DNA of 64,000 nucleotides from an uncultured bacterium (GTDB lineage Bacteria; Zixibacteria; MSB-5A5; GN15; FEB-12): NCBI GenBank assembly GCA_963821635.1, contig CAWGEP010000004.1, positions 318,654 to 382,653 of the forward strand, read 5' to 3'. Shown piece by piece: positions 62,766 to 64,000 of this stretch (position 1 is its first letter; each line of letters starts with the position of its first letter). The notes under the pieces were generated by a model. It saw only the letters and a program-made list of their open reading frames with translations, ran no database searches and was not told where the DNA came from. The position numbers and the translations under genes were made by a program.

Positions 62766-64000
62766 CGGACGCCCCCCATCCCCTTGAGCATGTCGGAGAA
62801 GATGTCGGCATAGCGGACGATAGAATCGATCTCTTCGCGGGCGATAATATTGTTGTGGTGGAGTCCTTCGATCGCCAGTTCCATGCGGAGGACAAATTCC
62901 CGCTCGTCTTTGATGTCGAAGAACTGGCGCACGACCTGGCGGAGTCCAGCGATTCCTTCGAGGCGTTTCTTGTATTCGTCGTACGGGAGGTCGTCGGCAA
63001 TTTCCAGTTTCCGGCCGGTAGAGAAGTAATCGATGATGGCTTCATAAGGATTGGTGCCGGGGCGGTCGGCGCGCTGTTTGTCCTTGGTGGGGGTCGGAAA
63101 GTGACGGAGAAAAACGGCATTGATAGCTTTGCCGACCAGACCATGGGCGACCAGGACCGAGCCTTCCTGCTCCCCTTCGTAAACCAGTTCGATCTTGCCG
63201 GTGACGGATGGAATCATGGCATAGAGGTCAGACATGCGTGGGAACAGATCGTCATCGCCATTGACCAGGGCTCTCCGTTCGATATTCGACAACAGATTTT
63301 CATAGGCGGAGATGGAGACGCGGGCAGAAACGCCAGAGCTCTGGTCGACATATTCAGACGATCGGGCCTGGAAGGAGATCTCTTCGACGATATCGCTGAT
63401 GACTTCCGGCACTTTGACCTTTTTGTCCTTGCCGGAGTGCTCGGAGGCGGTGATGGCTTTGGCATCCTCCAACGATCTGGGATAGTGAGTGATGATCTGC
63501 GAATCGATCCGGTCCTTGAGGGGTGTGATAATATTGCCGCGGTTGGTGTAATCTTCCGGGTTGGCGGAGAAGACAATGAGGATATCGAGCGGCACACGCA
63601 AGGGGAAGCCGCGGACCTGGATATCGTTTTCCTCGAGGATATTGAGCAGACCGACCTGGATGCGGGGCTGAAGATCGGGCAGTTCGTTGATGGCGAAAAT
63701 GCCGCGATTGGTGCGCGGAATGATCCCCCAGTGAATGACTTCTTCGTTGGAAATGTCGAGTTTCTCGCGGGCGGCCTTGATCGGATCGATATCTCCGATC
63801 AGGTCGGCGATTGAGACATCGGGGGTGGCCAGTTTCTCGTGATACCGTTCATCGCGGGTTTTCCACTCGACCGGGGCCTTATCCCCCAAGTCCTCGATCA
63901 ACTTCTTCCCTTTCGGGGAGATCGGGTTCAGGGGATCTTCATTCAGGTAGGTGCCGACGAGAACGGGCTGGAACTCATCCAGCAGCGAGGATAACTGGCG
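62762..64000 (-). CDS. Magnesium-chelatase-like AAA+ ATPase (5' truncated by window end)
   Basis: ADLIGDIDP, NRGIFAINELPDL, SANPEDYTNRG; coupled to the vWA gene. Confidence 0.88.
   Translation of the reverse strand, partial: RQLSSLLDEFQPVLVGTYLNEDPLNPISPKGKKLIEDLGDKAPVEWKTRDERYHEKLATPDVSIADLIGDIDPIKAAREKLDISNEEVIHWGIIPRTNRGIFAINELPDLQPRIQVGLLNILEENDIQVRGFPLRVPLDILIVFSANPEDYTNRGNIITPLKDRIDSQIITHYPRSLEDAKAITASEHSGKDKKVKVPEVISDIVEEISFQARSSEYVDQSSGVSARVSISAYENLLSNIERRALVNGDDDLFPRMSDLYAMIPSVTGKIELVYEGEQEGSVLVAHGLVGKAINAVFLRHFPTPTKDKQRADRPGTNPYEAIIDYFSTGRKLEIADDLPYDEYKKRLEGIAGLRQVVRQFFDIKDEREFVLRMELAIEGLHHNNIIAREEIDSIVRYADIFSDMLKGMGGVR

Overview
A 64 kb GC-rich bacterial chromosome segment. The gene order (acpP-fabF-rnc, a PorV-like gene, a T9SS-CTD-like cargo protein) suggests an FCB-group organism, possibly Zixibacteria-like; this is inference. 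The housekeeping backbone comprises groES/groEL with a perfect CIRCE, coaX, dnaE, crt/hbd/acyl-CoA dehydrogenase, glmS/glmM/suhB, a heterodimeric ABC exporter, etfB, yceD-rpmF-plsX-fabHDG-acpP-fabF-rnc, the full F1Fo atp operon and an AAA+/vWA pair. Many genes are split by single-base indels, most likely long-read consensus errors. The best accessory candidates are: (1) two radical SAM/SPASM genes flanking an unannotated, translationally coupled Cys-containing 30-aa peptide (probable RiPP cluster, 58.8-61.4 kb); (2) a membrane-anchored CxxC redoxin, a secreted six-Cys mini-protein and a large T9SS-type cargo protein (54.1-58.1 kb); (3) a frameshift-hidden wHTH plus wHTH-HEPN (RNKCGH) pair downstream of groEL; (4) an unannotated 56-aa BRI3/LITAF-like Zn-hairpin protein behind DUF2752; (5) a cytochrome bd-superfamily protein fused to c-type hemes; (6) two families of REP-like palindromes, one arrayed beside a small GIY-YIG nuclease. 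No rRNA, tRNA or CRISPR array was recognised.
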